64,000 nucleotides of DNA. It comes from Prorocentrum cordatum. Its lineage: Eukaryota. This document shows, in pieces, positions 61,851 to 64,000 of the stretch (within the stretch, counting starts at the first letter, position 1; every line of letters begins with the position of its first letter). The position numbers and the translations under genes are program-made. The stretch covers positions 1-64,000 of the forward strand of contig CAUYUJ010000192.1 of assembly GCA_963575745.1 (NCBI GenBank), given 5' to 3'. Below the pieces are notes generated by a model. The model saw only the letters and a list, made by a program, of their open reading frames with translations. It searched no databases and was not told the DNA's origin.

Positions 61851-62828
61851 ATGTCCTCCACGGACGGCTGGGGGTGCACGGACGCGTCGTACGCGATCGA
61901 CGAGCTCTTCGAGCGGACGCAGTGGCCAGCTCAGACTTGGTATTGCTGCGTGGTGTGCATCGCCGTGCTAAATGCGGGCGTGTACCTCGCAGTGTACCTG
62001 CGGCAGAAGGGGGCCCAGGACGACGACCGGGTTCGCGGCTACCAGCAGGCAATGGGCAGGCTCGCGGGCATGTATGTGTTTATTTCATTGTATCGCACCG
62101 TCTTCCTGACAACATCCGCCACGCGGTTCGTCTGGCACGACTCAGTGTTTTCGAGTATCTTGTTGGCGCGATGTTTGGCCACCGTTGCCGAATTGAGCTT
62201 TGTTGGCCAGCTTTCGCTTGCGACCAAGTTTTGCTCGCAGGAGCTTCAGGAGGCGAGAAGAGGCACCTACTCACAGGACGCTGAACATGATATCCCGCAG
62301 GGTGCTCTGCACCAGTGCACCTGGCATGGGTACACGCAGATTGCCTCGAAGGCCATGGTCGGTCTGGTCATCATGGCCGAGTTCTTCTCGTTCTGCGGGG
62401 TCATCACAGGGAACAGGCGATGGTTCGTATTCGACCAGTGTTCTTGGTGCTTGGCCATGCTTGCGATCATGCCAGCATATTTCCACATCTTCCGTTCCGC
62501 ACGCCAGTTCGCGCGAGACAGTCCTTCCCAGAGATGTTGCTCAGCGGCAAACGCGCAAACTTTCTCTCTGTGTGCGCTGGTATTGAGCGTGCTTTATGTG
62601 GCATGGATCGTGAAGAGTAGTTTGCCGATTTGGTGGTCGAGGTTCAAATGGCAAGAAGCTAACGACGTGCCAGTGTTCAATATCCACGAGGGTTTGTGGG
62701 ATGCCCTGACGTTCCGCGTCCAAACACATTCCTGGGCAATATGGTGGCGTGTTGTGGTGTGGCTGCCGTTCTGTCTTACGATTTTCAGCTGGAGCTCGAT
62801 TGCATTAGGGGAACGAAAAATCGCATGA
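61851..62828 (+). CDS. Intronless multi-pass membrane protein (~325 aa), function unknown
   Basis: Complex, non-repetitive ORF with ~6-7 hydrophobic segments and the motif RFVWHDSVFSSILLARCLATVAELSFVGQ. Confidence 0.8.
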   Translation: MSSTDGWGCTDASYAIDELFERTQWPAQTWYCCVVCIAVLNAGVYLAVYLRQKGAQDDDRVRGYQQAMGRLAGMYVFISLYRTVFLTTSATRFVWHDSVFSSILLARCLATVAELSFVGQLSLATKFCSQELQEARRGTYSQDAEHDIPQGALHQCTWHGYTQIASKAMVGLVIMAEFFSFCGVITGNRRWFVFDQCSWCLAMLAIMPAYFHIFRSARQFARDSPSQRCCSAANAQTFSLCALVLSVLYVAWIVKSSLPIWWSRFKWQEANDVPVFNIHEGLWDALTFRVQTHSWAIWWRVVVWLPFCLTIFSWSSIALGERKIA

Positions 62829-63023
62829 ACAAAACAACTCGGAGGTCCTCGCTGATTTCTTGGATCCGCGCCAGACACCCCTCCCTGGCGGGAGCGCGCC
62901 AGGGGCGCCGCCGGAGGCGCCGCCAGGGGTCCCCAGCACAGATCCGAGACATCCGCGCGGACTTCCGAGCTAGGATGTTTCTGTCATTGTTCGCTCCCCT
63001 GCTCGTTGACCTTGGCGCCTCAG

Positions 63024-63209
63024 GTCAGTCCTCCGCGACCCGAGGCCGCGTCCAAGCTGGAGGAGCAGCTGGCCGTGGAGGCCGCGCCGCTGCAGCTGCC
63101 CGCTCCGCCGGAGGAGGTGCGGCCGGCGGTGGCCACCAAGGGGCCCTCCAGCCGCATCGAGGCCTTCGAGTTCGACATGGACGACCCGCAGCTGCACGGC
63201 ATTCACAAG
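63024..63209 (+). CDS. Probable internal exon of a spliced host gene
   Basis: Follows CCTCAG|. Strong GC3 codon bias (KLEEQLAVEAAPLQLP..IEAFEFDMDDPQLHG). Flanked by hairpin-repeat sequence, with a downstream acceptor TTCTTCCTCCAG at ~63476. Donor position uncertain. Confidence 0.5.
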
Positions 63210-64000
63210 TGCACGTGGTGCTCGAGGACGGAGAGAAAAACATAGACTTGAGCTTGTGACGCTCCACGCGGATTGTTCGGATCCGCGCTGGGCATTTTTG
63301 GCGCTCCGCGCGGATTTCTCGGATCCGCGCCTGGGCCCCCCCCAGCGGCGCCTCCGGCGCCGCCCCTGATCCAAGAGATCCAAGAAGGCGCAGGCGCAGA
63401 GGGGGGTCCGGCGCAGATCCAAGAAATCCGCGCGGAGCGCCAAAAGCGTATGTTTATGTCATTTTTCTTCCTCCAGGTACGCCTGCGCGGCGCAGCGCGC
63501 CTACATGTAGACGGTGCCATTCTGGGCAGTGCTGCCTGTCCCCGCACGTCGCCGCCACCGAGCAGTCTTCTCGGGGGCGGCCAGCAGCGCCTGCGGGTGA
63601 CCTTCTGAGGGTGAGTTAGCTTCGGATAGCTGGTCCGTCCTCCTCACTCGCCTCTTCCGCCCACCTCCCGGGAGGTCAGGGGAGGGAGGGATCCTACTCG
63701 GACGTCTGTACAGCACGACGTGTGCTGAGTGGGGAAGCCCGTGAGATGGCCCCCTACGTCCGATTTTGATGGACTGCAGTTTTCTGTGGCTGTAGCATTG
63801 CTGATGCGCTCTTCCCGTAGGCCTGCGAGACCTATGCTAACTCTGCATTGTTGGCGCCAAAGCCCTGCGTGAGAAAACGTCGATGCGGTCGCCACCGCAG
63901 CAGCCGCTCACTTTGTCGACGGATGCACCTTGCTGCCATGACGCTGTCGCCAGCATGTGCTGATAGGCGGACTGGCCGCAGTCGACGAAAAACTCCATCA

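Overview
GC-rich, repeat-dense eukaryotic DNA, very probably from a dinoflagellate. Support: relics of the dinoflagellate spliced leader (CCGTAGCCATTTTGGCTCAAG) upstream of several ORFs, a GC-AG intron, a (CCCTAAA)n telomere-type tract and large AGT/GAT/GGT microsatellites. The main structure is a nested mobile-element complex between two (AGT)n tracts (6286-28716). It holds a CRE-like non-LTR retrotransposon ORF (PARP-type zinc finger, RT, CCHC, restriction-like endonuclease) followed by a Cys-rich gene. That gene is split by a 14,128-bp DNA transposon (12630-26757) with perfect 15-bp terminal inverted repeats and a 5-bp target-site duplication (GCATG). The transposon encodes a hAT-like DDE transposase and a cargo gene that by eye reads as ParB-like/HTH + amino-methyltransferase-like fold + SET-like domain. 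The rest of the window is a 1.8-kb palindrome-bearing tandem repeat, many foldback/MITE-like elements, minisatellites, a decayed tyrosine-recombinase-like gene, an intronless multi-TM membrane protein gene and possible exons of a host gene. All domain calls come from motif reading, not database searches. Most ORFs in the supplied track are artefacts of high GC and simple repeats.
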